A stretch of 64,000 nt of DNA from Octopus sinensis. Taxonomy: Eukaryota. Positions 14,482 to 24,830 of the stretch are shown one piece after another. The notes under the pieces were generated by a model. That model made no database searches, had not been told where the DNA came from, and worked only from the letters and a program-made list of their open reading frames with translations. Each line of letters begins with the position of its first letter. Position 1 is the first letter of the stretch. The position numbers and the translations under genes are program-made. Location: assembly GCF_006345805.1 (NCBI RefSeq), contig NC_043009.1, forward strand, positions 71,672,001-71,736,000, read 5' to 3'.

Positions 14482-14540
14482 TTAACAAAAACTGTCTGAC
14501 GAACGGGAACGTGAAACTCCGAGTAACAGGCTTTGTTGAA
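14482..14540 (+). ncRNA. Minimal type I hammerhead ribozyme
   Basis: ctgt-CTGACGA-acg(ggaa)cgt-GAAA-ctccga-GTA-acag. Stem I is extended by aacaaa/tttgtt. Predicted cut after A14525. Confidence 0.85.
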
Positions 14541-14964
14541 TTTCTGCTGCTTTTAAATAAAGCATATTACTCTACCTCTTTTCTCCACCTTGTTTCACAT
14601 TTATGTATTTACTCCGGTATATATATAAAAAAGCCCTCATTGTTGGTTTCCTTGTCCTGTTTTTATGCTTTATGTGTTCTGTATTTTTTATTTTTTGTAT
14701 TGCTTTTACGTCCTGTTCTTGTCACTTTCTTTCCTTTTTTTTACTCCTCTGCAAAAAGAATTTTATTTAATTCATTTTGCAGGAAGGACTGCTTCGGCCG
14801 GATCGTGTTCTGCCCTTACCTTCGAAACACGCATTGAGTCGAACCAGGAGCAGCTGATGAAGGGGAATGTTCCTTGTATTGTTTGTCTTGTACTCTGTTT
14901 TTTTCGTTGTTAAAAAAAGTCCGTTTCCTTGTTTGTTTTTATGTTTTCTTTTCTCGTTGTGTTC

Positions 14965-15236
14965 TACAAAGGGGAGACAAACACCCCCAACTGCCGGAAC
15001 TGCATCTAGGTGCAGTTCCGGCAGTTGGGGGTGTTTGTCTCCCCTTCGTATGTGTATATAAGGACACAGGATAAAATGTGTCGAAGCTGTCAGGAGGCGT
15101 TCGATGCCTCCTAGGGCTATATAACGGTGGTGTACCCCCTACTGTCACGTTCTTGTTAGATTGACAGTATACAACCATTATATCGCTCCACCACCGTACA
15201 CCTCTCTACGAGAGATTTAGAAACTCAATATTTCTT
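14965..15236 (+). mobile_element. Penelope-like LTR fragment with 5' foldback, ending at (TA)n
   Basis: Near-perfect palindrome 14965-15050 (~40-bp arms); the 3' end abuts (TA)n at 15237. Confidence 0.5.
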
Positions 15237-15394
15237 ATATATATATATATATATATATATATACCAAATATATATGTTTTTATTATTATTTTGCAATTTA
15301 CTTAATCATCAGTATATTATTGTTATTTTATTTTTATATTTCTATTATATGTAATTTAATTGTTCATTTTGAATTGATAAAATGTGTTTTTTTC

Positions 15395-15434
<40 letters not shown>

Positions 15435-15652
15435 ATTCTTTTATTCTTTTATTCATTTCAATCATTTGACTGCGGCCCTGCTGGAGCACCGCCTTCAGTC
15501 GAACAAATCAACCCACGACTTATTCTTTGCAAGCCTAGTACTTATTCTATCAATCTCTTTTGCCGAACCGCTAAGTTACAGGGACATAAAAACACCAGGT
15601 TGTCAAGTGATGTTGGGGGGACAAACTCAGACACACAAACATATACACACAA

Positions 15653-15684
<32 letters not shown>

Positions 15685-15869
15685 TTATATATCATCATCA
15701 TCATTTAACGTCCATTTTCCATGCTGGCATAGGTTGGACGGTTTGACTGGGGTCTGGGAAGCCAGCAGGCTGCACCAGGCCCTAATCTGATCTGGCAGTG
15801 TCCATATATAAGATATAATTATGAATTCCCTAATTACTTTACACACAACCAAACAGACACACACACATA

Positions 15870-16086
15870 TGAGAAGGTGCTAAAAAGTTCCTGGCTTTCA
15901 GGGTCTCATGAAAAGCCTGGTTGGAGGCCCAAGCTTCTGAGTTCTTTTACAGGGCTTAGAAAAACTTAAGGACCACTGCAATAAGTGTGTGAATCTGAGA
16001 GGAGAATATGTTGAATAGAATCATAATTAACTGATCCTCCAGTATTTTCTTGTACCCAAAGCCAAGAACTCTTCAGCACCCCCTCA
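15870..16086. mobile_element. Mariner-derived MITE
   Basis: Imperfect TIRs tgagaaggtgctaaaaagttcctggcttt / aaagccaagaactcttcagcaccccctca with TA on both sides. Confidence 0.72.
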
Positions 16087-17167
16087 TATTGTATGCTACA
16101 AAACCTCCAAAACCATAAACCCTTAATTAAGTATTATCCTAGCTTGAAAAGACTATGAACATAGACAATCATACAACATTAGTATATTTGATAACACCAA
16201 CATTACAACTACCACAAACCATGAACTCTGTAACTTGCCAGCCATATGAGAATGAAGGACAACTCAGAATAATGATACACAAGACATAAAAGATTCACAG
16301 ACAACAAATGTATCAAAGACATATTCCCTTCATCAGCTGCCCAATGGATATCATTATGGTTTTGACACCTAGGAGTACCATTCAGTTTGGCAATGTCAAC
16401 TACATTAAAAATATATATATATCTTGGTGTGTTTTAAAGCATTAAAATGTCAGAGAATGAGATTTGGTGGCGGGGGGGGGGCTGTTTGATTGAAAATGAT
16501 GCTGTAAATGAAACTCATAAAAGATGATGTAAAATACCTGTTAGGAAATAATGGAGAGAATCACTCCCAGGAATGAAACTCTGAGTCCATCAATTACAAA
16601 ACAGTGATGGTAACCCTTACACCAGGATGACTCCGACAAACTAAATATGCAATGGTTGAGTGGTTAAGGAGCTTACTTTGCAGTCATGAGGTTTGGGGTT
16701 CAGTCTCAGGATACAGCACCTTGGCTAATTGTCCTCTGCTATAGCCCTGAACTGACCAATGCCTTGTGAGTGAATATGGTAGAAACCCATCGTGTGTGGG
16801 TGTGTCTTTGTGTTTGTACTTCACCTCCACTAACTGACAACTGGTGTTGGTTTGTTTACATCCTCTCAAAGGAGACCAAAAGAATAAGAACCAGGCTTAA
16901 GAGTCAGTTTGTTTGACTAAACCCTTCGAAGTTGTGCTCCAGCATGACCACAATCCAATGACTGAAACAAGTAAAAGATAAAAAAAAAACCATATAATAC
17001 TATGTGATCAAGTGAAAAAGCAAATAAATTTCATTCGATTCATTGAAAGTTTTGAGAAATTTTAAAATAAGTCATTTTAAGAAGCTTCACACAAACAAAT
17101 GAAGCTCTGAACATCGAATCATAATAAATCAGGCAAAAGAACCCCTAGAAAGGAAAAAAAGGGAACA

Positions 17168-17265
17168 GAATCAGCTATGGGATTTGAACCCACACGTCTG
17201 CAATAAAAAAAATTTGCAACCATCTGAATAAGAAGAAGCTTTATCACTACAACAATGAGAGTGAC
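17168..17265 (-). pseudogene. Possible decayed tRNA (Leu/Ser-type) or SINE head
   Basis: Minus strand has gtgggttcaaatccca (T arm/B box) preceded by a tgcaa..ttgca hairpin. The rest does not fold cleanly. Confidence 0.25.
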
Positions 17266-17294
17266 ATAAATAATAATAATAATAATAATAATAA

Positions 17295-17850
17295 ATTCCA
17301 GTACATACAGACCGAACCATCATTCCAGTACATACAGACCGAACCATCAAGGCCAATAAACCAGATATTGTTGTGAAAGACCAAAACAATAAAGTTTGCT
17401 TATTGATCGACATGAGCATCCCCTGTGATCATAATATCTCAGCGAAAGAGTTTGACAAGCTCAGAAAATATAAAGACCTACTCATTGAAATTGAGAAAAT
17501 GTGGCATCTCAAGGCGGTTACAATACCAGTGATCGTAGGAGCACTAGGAATGATCAAGAAGGGAACCGAAAATTATATGAGAATGATCCCTGGCTTACCA
17601 TCCCTGCAAGAAGTGCAAAAGATTGTCTTAACTGGTACATCACACGTATTGAGAAGAGCATTGTCGATGTGAGAACTGTTGCTGCTCATGTATTTTAATT
17701 TAACTTTAAAAAAAAAAAAAAAAAAAATGAACGAACTACTGAGTTTGGTTTAATGGCCTACCAATGTATACTATGAGTTTCTTTGCCCTAGGAGTCAGGA
17801 ATACACTCAGCAAGAAATGGAAGCAAATTTGAAAGAAGAAGAAAAAAAAA
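17295..17850 (+). mobile_element. 5'-truncated Dong/R4 element, family A (endonuclease C-terminus + 3'UTR)
   Basis: Encodes ..KPDIVVKD..CLLIDMSIP..KYKDLLIEIEKMW..GALG..LRRALSM*. (TAA)n on both sides. 3'UTR matches 31898-31995. Confidence 0.9.
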
Positions 17851-17884
<34 letters not shown>

Positions 17885-17903
17885 TAATAATAATAATAAT
17901 AAT

Positions 17904-18727
17904 ACTGAAACCGAAGGGTTTATCATAGCAGCTCAAGATCAATGCCACCAACAAGAAACTACCAGGCCAACATATTAAAGAACGGCAGTAGCCCAACATG
18001 TCGTGTATGCCGACAACAAAATGAAACCATTGACCATGTTGTCTCCAAATGCAGTCTTCAAGTGCCTACAGAGTACCTCAGTAGGCATGATAGAGCTGCA
18101 CAATATATTCACTGGGTAATTTGCAAAAACCTGGATTTGCCCCATGAATAAAACTGTGCTTGAAAATGACCACATCTCACTCCTATGGAACTTCACCATT
18201 CAAACTGACAGGAAGATAGATGCAAATAGGCCAGACATCATATTGAAAGACTTCAGACAAAGAACATGCCTCCTCATTGATATGACTGTCCCAATCGATA
18301 TAAACGTATCTGTCAAGACCTACCAAAAACAGAGCAAATATAAAGATCTTGAAATAGAAATCAGCAAAATGTGGAACCTGAAGACTAAAACAATACCTGT
18401 TGTCATAGGTGCCCTGGGAATGATAGCAAAAGGGGCTGATTGCTACCTAACTCAGAAATGGCAGAAATTCAAAAGATAGTGCTCATGGGAACTGCTCATA
18501 TCCTACGCAAAATACTCTCTATGTAATCCCAAGGTTTAAAACAAACTTTTTTTTATTTATTTATTTATTATTTTTTTTTTTATTTATGTATTAGACATTC
18601 ACTAGTACAACACAAAAAAAAAAAAACCCCAAATATATGGCACAGAACTTCCAGCCTGTTGTCTCTTGAGGTCTCTGGATGAGACGTGGAGCCAACTTGT
18701 ACAGACATAAAGCAAAAGTCAAACATA
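17904..18727 (+). mobile_element. 5'-truncated Dong/R4 element, family B, with small deletions
   Basis: Closely matches 22831-23710 (ETEGFIIAAQDQ, CRVC..H..C, RPDIILKD). (TAA)n on both sides. Confidence 0.92.
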
Positions 18728-18766
<39 letters not shown>

Positions 18767-19686
18767 GGCGGCTGGACGTGACAGAGGATGGACGTATTTT
18801 TACGATGCTCTGAACTGGCAACAGCGAACCCAGCAGGTCAACTGTAGAAAACTGGAAGATCTACTGTTTTCTGTAAGTAATTTGAATTACCCTCAAAATA
18901 AGTATAAAAAAAAAAACTTACATATCTACAGCTCATACAAACGTACACCTAACAAGAAAAATTAGAAACATAAATATCTCCAATTCTGTGTGAACATTTA
19001 CATTTAGTCGTCTCTCATGACTATAAGAATGTGTAAAATTGCCTTTTAAATTACCTTTTATTGTAACAACACAATTAAATGCACGATAAAAAGTTATGGA
19101 ATTAAGCACCTACTACTATATACATACAACTGAATTCAGAAATTTAAAAATATATACATAACATTGAACTCAGAAAGTTATTTAAAAAAAGAAAAAAAAA
19201 TCTTCGACGAAAACATCAGATAATATGTGTGAGTGAATATACATATATATACATATACATATGCATGTGGTGAAGAAGAAAAGAGAACGGGAAAAAAAAA
19301 ATAATAAATAAATAAACGTAAACAGGTTTGACCTTTTACTGACCATTAACGTCCTTTGTCACCACCATCTACCATATTTATAGACCCAAAGAACATGAAT
19401 TCTTTAACCACCCATTCTCCAACACAATGGAGTGTTGATGGTGGCTGTGGCTACACATTGAAGATGATGATGGTGATGGTGATGTTGCTGATGATGGTGA
19501 TGGTGATGTTGCTGATGATGGTGATGGTGGGGAAGATGATAGTAATAACAATAATAACTGACAGATCCCGTCTTTTTCCCTTTCTTTTCGTTTCCTTCTC
19601 CGTATTTTATTCTCATTATTTCGAACTAATACAGACACAGTAAGCCTTGAAGAAAGGAAGAGGAGGAAAGGAGAAAAAAAAAAAAA

Positions 19687-19899
19687 ATGTCCGGAGATAA
19701 AACTATCAACAAAAAAAATACAGACGAATATAGATCTGCTAGTCTTAAGAAGCGGCGCTATGAGCAATGCTTACATGTAGTGAACCCTAAACTGACAGAT
19801 CCATCTCCTAATATAAGAATGGATGCTCGTCATGCTTCAAGGTCAACAAATCAAACAATAAACCGCATTGGTCATAAAGACCACGTACCCGAAAATTGA
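19687..19899 (+). CDS. Upstream 70-aa ORF, probably the frameshifted N-terminus of the Dong ORF
   Basis: Begins with ATG. Its TGA (19897-19899) overlaps the TTG that opens the large frame, which is closed upstream by TAA at 19875. Confidence 0.4.
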   Translation: MSGDKTINKKNTDEYRSASLKKRRYEQCLHVVNPKLTDPSPNIRMDARHASRSTNQTINRIGHKDHVPEN

Positions 19900-22800
19900 A
19901 CCAAATCCTGATTGAAAAATCAGTTACTGGATCAAATCTTCCCAACACACAGGAGCTGGACGAACCCCACAACCGGAATATTCCAACAGATGGCCATCCA
20001 TGCTCATCACCAAATAATCAAAAGAAAAAGAAGGAAAAATGGTCTAGGGAAGATAATAAAGAAGTTCTCGAGGCCTTCTACCATGCCATATATTTCCCCA
20101 CAGATAAGTCTAGCACTGTACAAGCATACTTAAACTGGAGACAGAAACACCCTGAAGTAAGACCCTACATGGACAGTAACAAGCTTGCCAATGTTAGAAG
20201 AAACATTATAAAAAAGAAATTACTGACTGAAGTAGAGATTGATCAGGTTAGACAAGCAATATCGGATAAAATGAACGAAGCTGCAGCTAGAGAAGATAAT
20301 ACAGAGGAAATGATTATAGACCAGCCCAGGGCGGATAAAAACGAAGAGAGGATTGAAAGAGTTAGTATAAGTGATAGGCAAAGTGAAATACGCCCTGAAC
20401 CAATCATAAACACTAAGACAGATGAGCATCAAATAGATAAAGAAAGTCACACAAATATTGACCCAACAGAACTACATGAGCTAAAAAATCAAATCATGAT
20501 TGAATGGCTGAAAATTAAAGAAACCAGCATGGATGAGCCTGATACACTTCCTAAAATCCGCAACTCTAACCAAAACATGAAAATAATTGGTAAAATCCGG
20601 CTTGCACTTAAGGATATAATTTCAGTTAATGATGTTGATATCACAAACCTCAACCACCTATACTATGCATCCGCGAAAATCTCAACGATCCTATGTGGTG
20701 TAAAGATTAGAAAACGGCAACAGTCCCACAAAAAGCCTTCTTGGCAAGAGCGTCTGCAACAACAAATTAAAGTATTTAGATCTGACATTGAATATTTGAA
20801 AAACCTTAAGGCTCACAAGACTACCAAACCTACAAAAACCCAAAAATTACTGAAAAAATACAATATGAAAACTATACTTGATATTGATGCCACCATAGAA
20901 ACCATCAAACAAAAGGTATCTGCCAAAGCTACCCGCATAGCGAGGTATGAAAAGTGTGTTAGATTTTTCAAGGACAACAACATGTTCAAAAATAACACCA
21001 AGAATTTTTACAGGAAGATAGGAAAAACAGCGTTTACTGCAGGGTCTGTACCATCAAAAGAAGAAGTGCAGAGATTTTGGAATAAAATCTGGGCAGAAGA
21101 AAAAACACACAATGAAAAGGCCCCCTGGATTGACAGAATATCTACAGAACTGGACCCCTTAGAAGAGCAAAAGTGGGAGGGTGTCAAGGTAGAAGATATA
21201 AGATCTGCTCTCAGGAGGTCAAGCAAATGGAAGTCTCCAGGAAAGGATAAAATTCCTAACTTCTGGCTGAATGCCTTCCCAGAGAGCCATGAACTGCTAA
21301 CAGAACTGTACAATGATGTTCTGCAACACCCTAGTAGGATGCCTCCTTGGCTAGTTAATGGGTTAACATTCCTGCTTCCAAAAAGTGAAGAAACAAATGA
21401 ACCAAAAAACTATAGACCCATAACCTGCTTAACAACTATATACAAAACTCTAACATCTGTCCTGACGGAATATACCTATAGTTTTTTAACAGACAGCAGC
21501 ATATTCCCTAATGAACAGAAAGGATGTAAACGTGGATCCTACAGCTGTAAAGACCAACTACTCATCAATAAGATGATCTTAGAAGATTGTCACAAACGAC
21601 ACAAAAACTTATCAATAGCCTGGATAGACTATAAAAAGGCTTTTGATAGCCTACCACATAGCTGGATTAGGAAATGCCTTGAAATGTATAAGATAGCACC
21701 AACTCTGCGAAACTTCTTGACTGTAAGTATGAGATCATGGAGAACCACACTAACTCTGAACAGTGACAGTGAATCCCTAAATGCTGGTGATGTAAAAATT
21801 TCGTGTGGCATTTTCCAGGGTGACTCACTGTCACCACTCCTCTTTTGTTTATCCTTAATACCTCTCTCAAAGCTGCTCAATGACGTGCAGTACGGGTATA
21901 AAATGTTTGATAAAAATATAAATCATCTCGTTTACATGGATGATTTAAAGCTTTTTGCAAAAAATGATCAACAACTCAAGGGCTTACTAGCGATAGTCAA
22001 ACAATTCAGTGACGACATCAGAATGCAATTCGGCCTCGATAAATGTGCAAAGGCTACCTTTATCAAAGGAAAAATGACAGAAACATCTAACGTTAACCTT
22101 GCCCAACAGAATGTCATAAAAGAACTAGACCCAGCGGAGAGCTACAAGTACCTAGGGGTAATTGAAGGGAACGGAATAAGGCATTCAGAGATGAAGGAAA
22201 GGATCAGGAGAGAATGCTATCGAAGAGTGAGAGCAATACTCAAGACAGAGCTGAATGCAAGAAACAGGATCGAAGCAATCAATGCATTAGCTATACCAGT
22301 CGTGACTTACAGTTTCAATATTGTTAACTGGTTAATTACTGAAATATGTCAGCTCGACAGAAAAATAAGGAAACTGTTGACAATGCATAGAATGCACCAC
22401 CCTAAGGCAGATACAGAACGACTCTATCTGCCAAGAAAAGAGGGAGGCCGTGGTCTTTTGCAACTGGCAATAACAATGAAGATTGCTACAATTGGCCTAG
22501 ACACCTACCTGAAAAACTCTGAGGACTGGATGTTAAAACTTGTCTCAAAACATGAAAACAAGAAAGCATCATACTCAGTCACAAAACAGGCAAAGGAATA
22601 TCTAAGTGAATTCCGAATACAACCAATTTCGGAATTAGAGATAGACATACAAGAAACAAGCACAGAAAAAGCTAGGCGCATGAAAACCCGTGCCAAAACT
22701 GCGGCCTTAGATATTCTGAATAATAAATGGCAAGAAAAACCTCTCTACGGCAAATACCCAAAGAGAGCGAATAATGTAGATATCGACAAAGCCCTGACCC

Positions 22801-23492
22801 ATCAATGGCTAATGGCCTCTGGCTTAAAATCTGAAACAGAGGGGTTTATCATAGCAGCTCAAGATCAATGCCTACCAACAAGAAACTACCAGGCCAACAT
22901 ATTAAAGATCAGAAGCAGTCCAACGTGTCGTGTATGCAAGCAACAAAATGAAACCATTGACCATGTGGTCTCCAAGTGCAGTCTTCTAGCGCCTACAGAG
23001 TATCTCAACAGGCACAATAGAGCTGCACAATATATTCACTGGGTAATCTGTAAAAACCTGGATTTGCCCCATGAAAAAAACTGGTGGGAACACAAACCAC
23101 CCCCAGTGCTTGAAAATGACCACATCTCACTCCTCTGGAACTTCACCATTCAAACTGACAGGAAGATAGATGCAAATAGGCCAGACATCATATTGAAAGA
23201 CTTCAAACAAAGAACATGCCTCCTCATTGATATGACTGTCCCAATCGATATAAACGTATCTGTCAGGACCTACCAAAAACTGAGCAAATATAAAGATCTT
23301 GAAATAGAAATCAGCAAAATGTGGAAGCTGAAGACTAAAACAATACCTGTTGTCATAGGTGCCCTGGGAATGATAGCAAAAGGGGCTGATAGCTACCTAA
23401 CTCAGATACCAGGAAACCCAAAAATGGCAGAAGTTCAAAAGATAGTGCTCATGGGAACTGCTCATATCCTACGCAAAATACTCTCTATGTAA
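19896..23492 (+). CDS. R4/Dong-type polyprotein: N-terminal Myb-like region, reverse transcriptase, CCHC zinc knuckle, restriction-like endonuclease
   Basis: 1198 codons with no stop. RT motifs WKSPGKDKI, YRPITCL, DYKKAFDS, GIFQGDSLSP, YMDDLKL. CRVCKQQNETIDHVVSKC knuckle. RHN...RPDIILKD...LLIDMTV...KLSKY endonuclease. The start is TTG, so the true start is uncertain. Confidence 0.93.
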   Translation: MNQILIEKSVTGSNLPNTQELDEPHNRNIPTDGHPCSSPNNQKKKKEKWSREDNKEVLEAFYHAIYFPTDKSSTVQAYLNWRQKHPEVRPYMDSNKLANVRRNIIKKKLLTEVEIDQVRQAISDKMNEAAAREDNTEEMIIDQPRADKNEERIERVSISDRQSEIRPEPIINTKTDEHQIDKESHTNIDPTELHELKNQIMIEWLKIKETSMDEPDTLPKIRNSNQNMKIIGKIRLALKDIISVNDVDITNLNHLYYASAKISTILCGVKIRKRQQSHKKPSWQERLQQQIKVFRSDIEYLKNLKAHKTTKPTKTQKLLKKYNMKTILDIDATIETIKQKVSAKATRIARYEKCVRFFKDNNMFKNNTKNFYRKIGKTAFTAGSVPSKEEVQRFWNKIWAEEKTHNEKAPWIDRISTELDPLEEQKWEGVKVEDIRSALRRSSKWKSPGKDKIPNFWLNAFPESHELLTELYNDVLQHPSRMPPWLVNGLTFLLPKSEETNEPKNYRPITCLTTIYKTLTSVLTEYTYSFLTDSSIFPNEQKGCKRGSYSCKDQLLINKMILEDCHKRHKNLSIAWIDYKKAFDSLPHSWIRKCLEMYKIAPTLRNFLTVSMRSWRTTLTLNSDSESLNAGDVKISCGIFQGDSLSPLLFCLSLIPLSKLLNDVQYGYKMFDKNINHLVYMDDLKLFAKNDQQLKGLLAIVKQFSDDIRMQFGLDKCAKATFIKGKMTETSNVNLAQQNVIKELDPAESYKYLGVIEGNGIRHSEMKERIRRECYRRVRAILKTELNARNRIEAINALAIPVVTYSFNIVNWLITEICQLDRKIRKLLTMHRMHHPKADTERLYLPRKEGGRGLLQLAITMKIATIGLDTYLKNSEDWMLKLVSKHENKKASYSVTKQAKEYLSEFRIQPISELEIDIQETSTEKARRMKTRAKTAALDILNNKWQEKPLYGKYPKRANNVDIDKALTHQWLMASGLKSETEGFIIAAQDQCLPTRNYQANILKIRSSPTCRVCKQQNETIDHVVSKCSLLAPTEYLNRHNRAAQYIHWVICKNLDLPHEKNWWEHKPPPVLENDHISLLWNFTIQTDRKIDANRPDIILKDFKQRTCLLIDMTVPIDINVSVRTYQKLSKYKDLEIEISKMWKLKTKTIPVVIGALGMIAKGADSYLTQIPGNPKMAEVQKIVLMGTAHILRKILSM

Positions 23493-23747
23493 CCTCAAGG
23501 TTTAAAACAACCATAATTTTCGGTTTAAAAAAAAAAAAAAAAAAAAAAACTTTTTTTTTTTTAGACATTCATTAGTACAACATCCCCACCCCCCAAATAT
23601 ATGGCACACTAGGCATAACAACAACATGAACTTCCAACCCTGTTGTCTCTTGAGGTCTCTGGGTGAGACTTGGAGCCAACTTGTACAAATATAAAGCAAA
23701 AGTCAAACATATAATAATAATAATAATAATAATAATGATAATAATAA

Positions 23748-24791
23748 CTACCAAGCAAGCAAAGTGTAACTACCAAGCAAGCAAAGCGAATAAGAGCCGG
23801 AAACCACTGCTACCAAGCAAGCAAAGCGAATCAAGCAGACTGCAAAAAAGAACGGGCAGAATCAAATTGAGAGGCGGTGGAGCCAGAAGCCCCTGCATGG
23901 ACAATATATTCTCCGAAGCCAAAATGCTGATGTAGACCAAGCAACAACCCATCAGTGACTGAATAGTTCTGGATTGAAAGCAGAGACTGAAGGCTTCATA
24001 ATGGCAGCACAAGATCAAAGCTTGTTTACCAGAAATTACCAGGCTAACGTTCTCCGAAACGGTACTGACCCTAAATGCAGATTCTGCGACACATTTGACG
24101 AAACAATAGACCATCTCGTTTCGGGATGTCCTGTGCTGACACCAAACGAATACAAAAATCGCCACGATAGGGTAGGACAGTATATACATTGGAAGATATG
24201 TAAACACTACAAATCCGACACTCCTGCTAACTGGTATGAACACCATCCTCAGCCAGTTGTTGAAGGTAAAGATGTCACCATCCTCTGGGATTTTCCAGTC
24301 AACACTGACAGAACAATCAAGGCTAATCGACCAGACATAATTGTTAAAGACAGGGAAGAAAATACCTGCAGACTAATAGAAGTAAGCGTCCCCACTGATA
24401 AAAATGTATCTGTCAAGGAATTTGACAAACTTAGTAAAGGACCTGGAAATCGAAATACAGAGGATGTGGAATCTTAAAACAAAAACTGTTCCTGTTATTG
24501 TAGGTGCCCTAGGTATGATAAAAAAGGGATGTCAGAAACACCTAGACAATATCCCTGGAAAACCATGTCTCAAGGAAATCCAAAAGATTGTGCTAACAAG
24601 TACTGCCCACATCCTTAGAAAAACCCTATCAATGTAAATGTTTGTGTTTGTATTACATGGAGATATATCTCTACTTCCCCTCCCCAAGCTTTCAGCTATA
24701 TTTCAACAACTCTTAACCTTCACTTGCCCTAGGGCGCTGGGTGTGCCCCGGCAGGTGATTGCATCAAACATGCAGATTAAAAGTAAATGAC
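23748..24791 (+). mobile_element. 5'-truncated Dong/R4 element, family C
   Basis: AETEGFIMAAQDQ, CRFCDTFDETIDHLVSGC, RHD, RPDIIVKD; frameshift near 24435; distinct 3'UTR; (TAA)n on both sides. Confidence 0.9.

Positions 24792-24830
<39 letters not shown>

Larger units (their letters stand above)
18767..23710 (+). mobile_element. Near full-length Dong/R4-clade non-LTR retrotransposon (family B) inserted in (TAA)n
   Basis: (TAA)n on both sides (18729-18766; 23711-23747). Long RT/RLE ORF followed by a 3'UTR matching the truncated copy at 17904-18727. The 5' boundary is taken as the end of the TAA tract. Confidence 0.88.

Noticed and set aside
14815-14870. cGAAA...CTGATGA arrangement suggesting a type II hammerhead (similar at 12855-12905; CTGATGA part only at 16325-16340 minus)
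   Set aside because: Stems I and III cannot be formed in these copies; at most decayed Penelope-LTR motifs.
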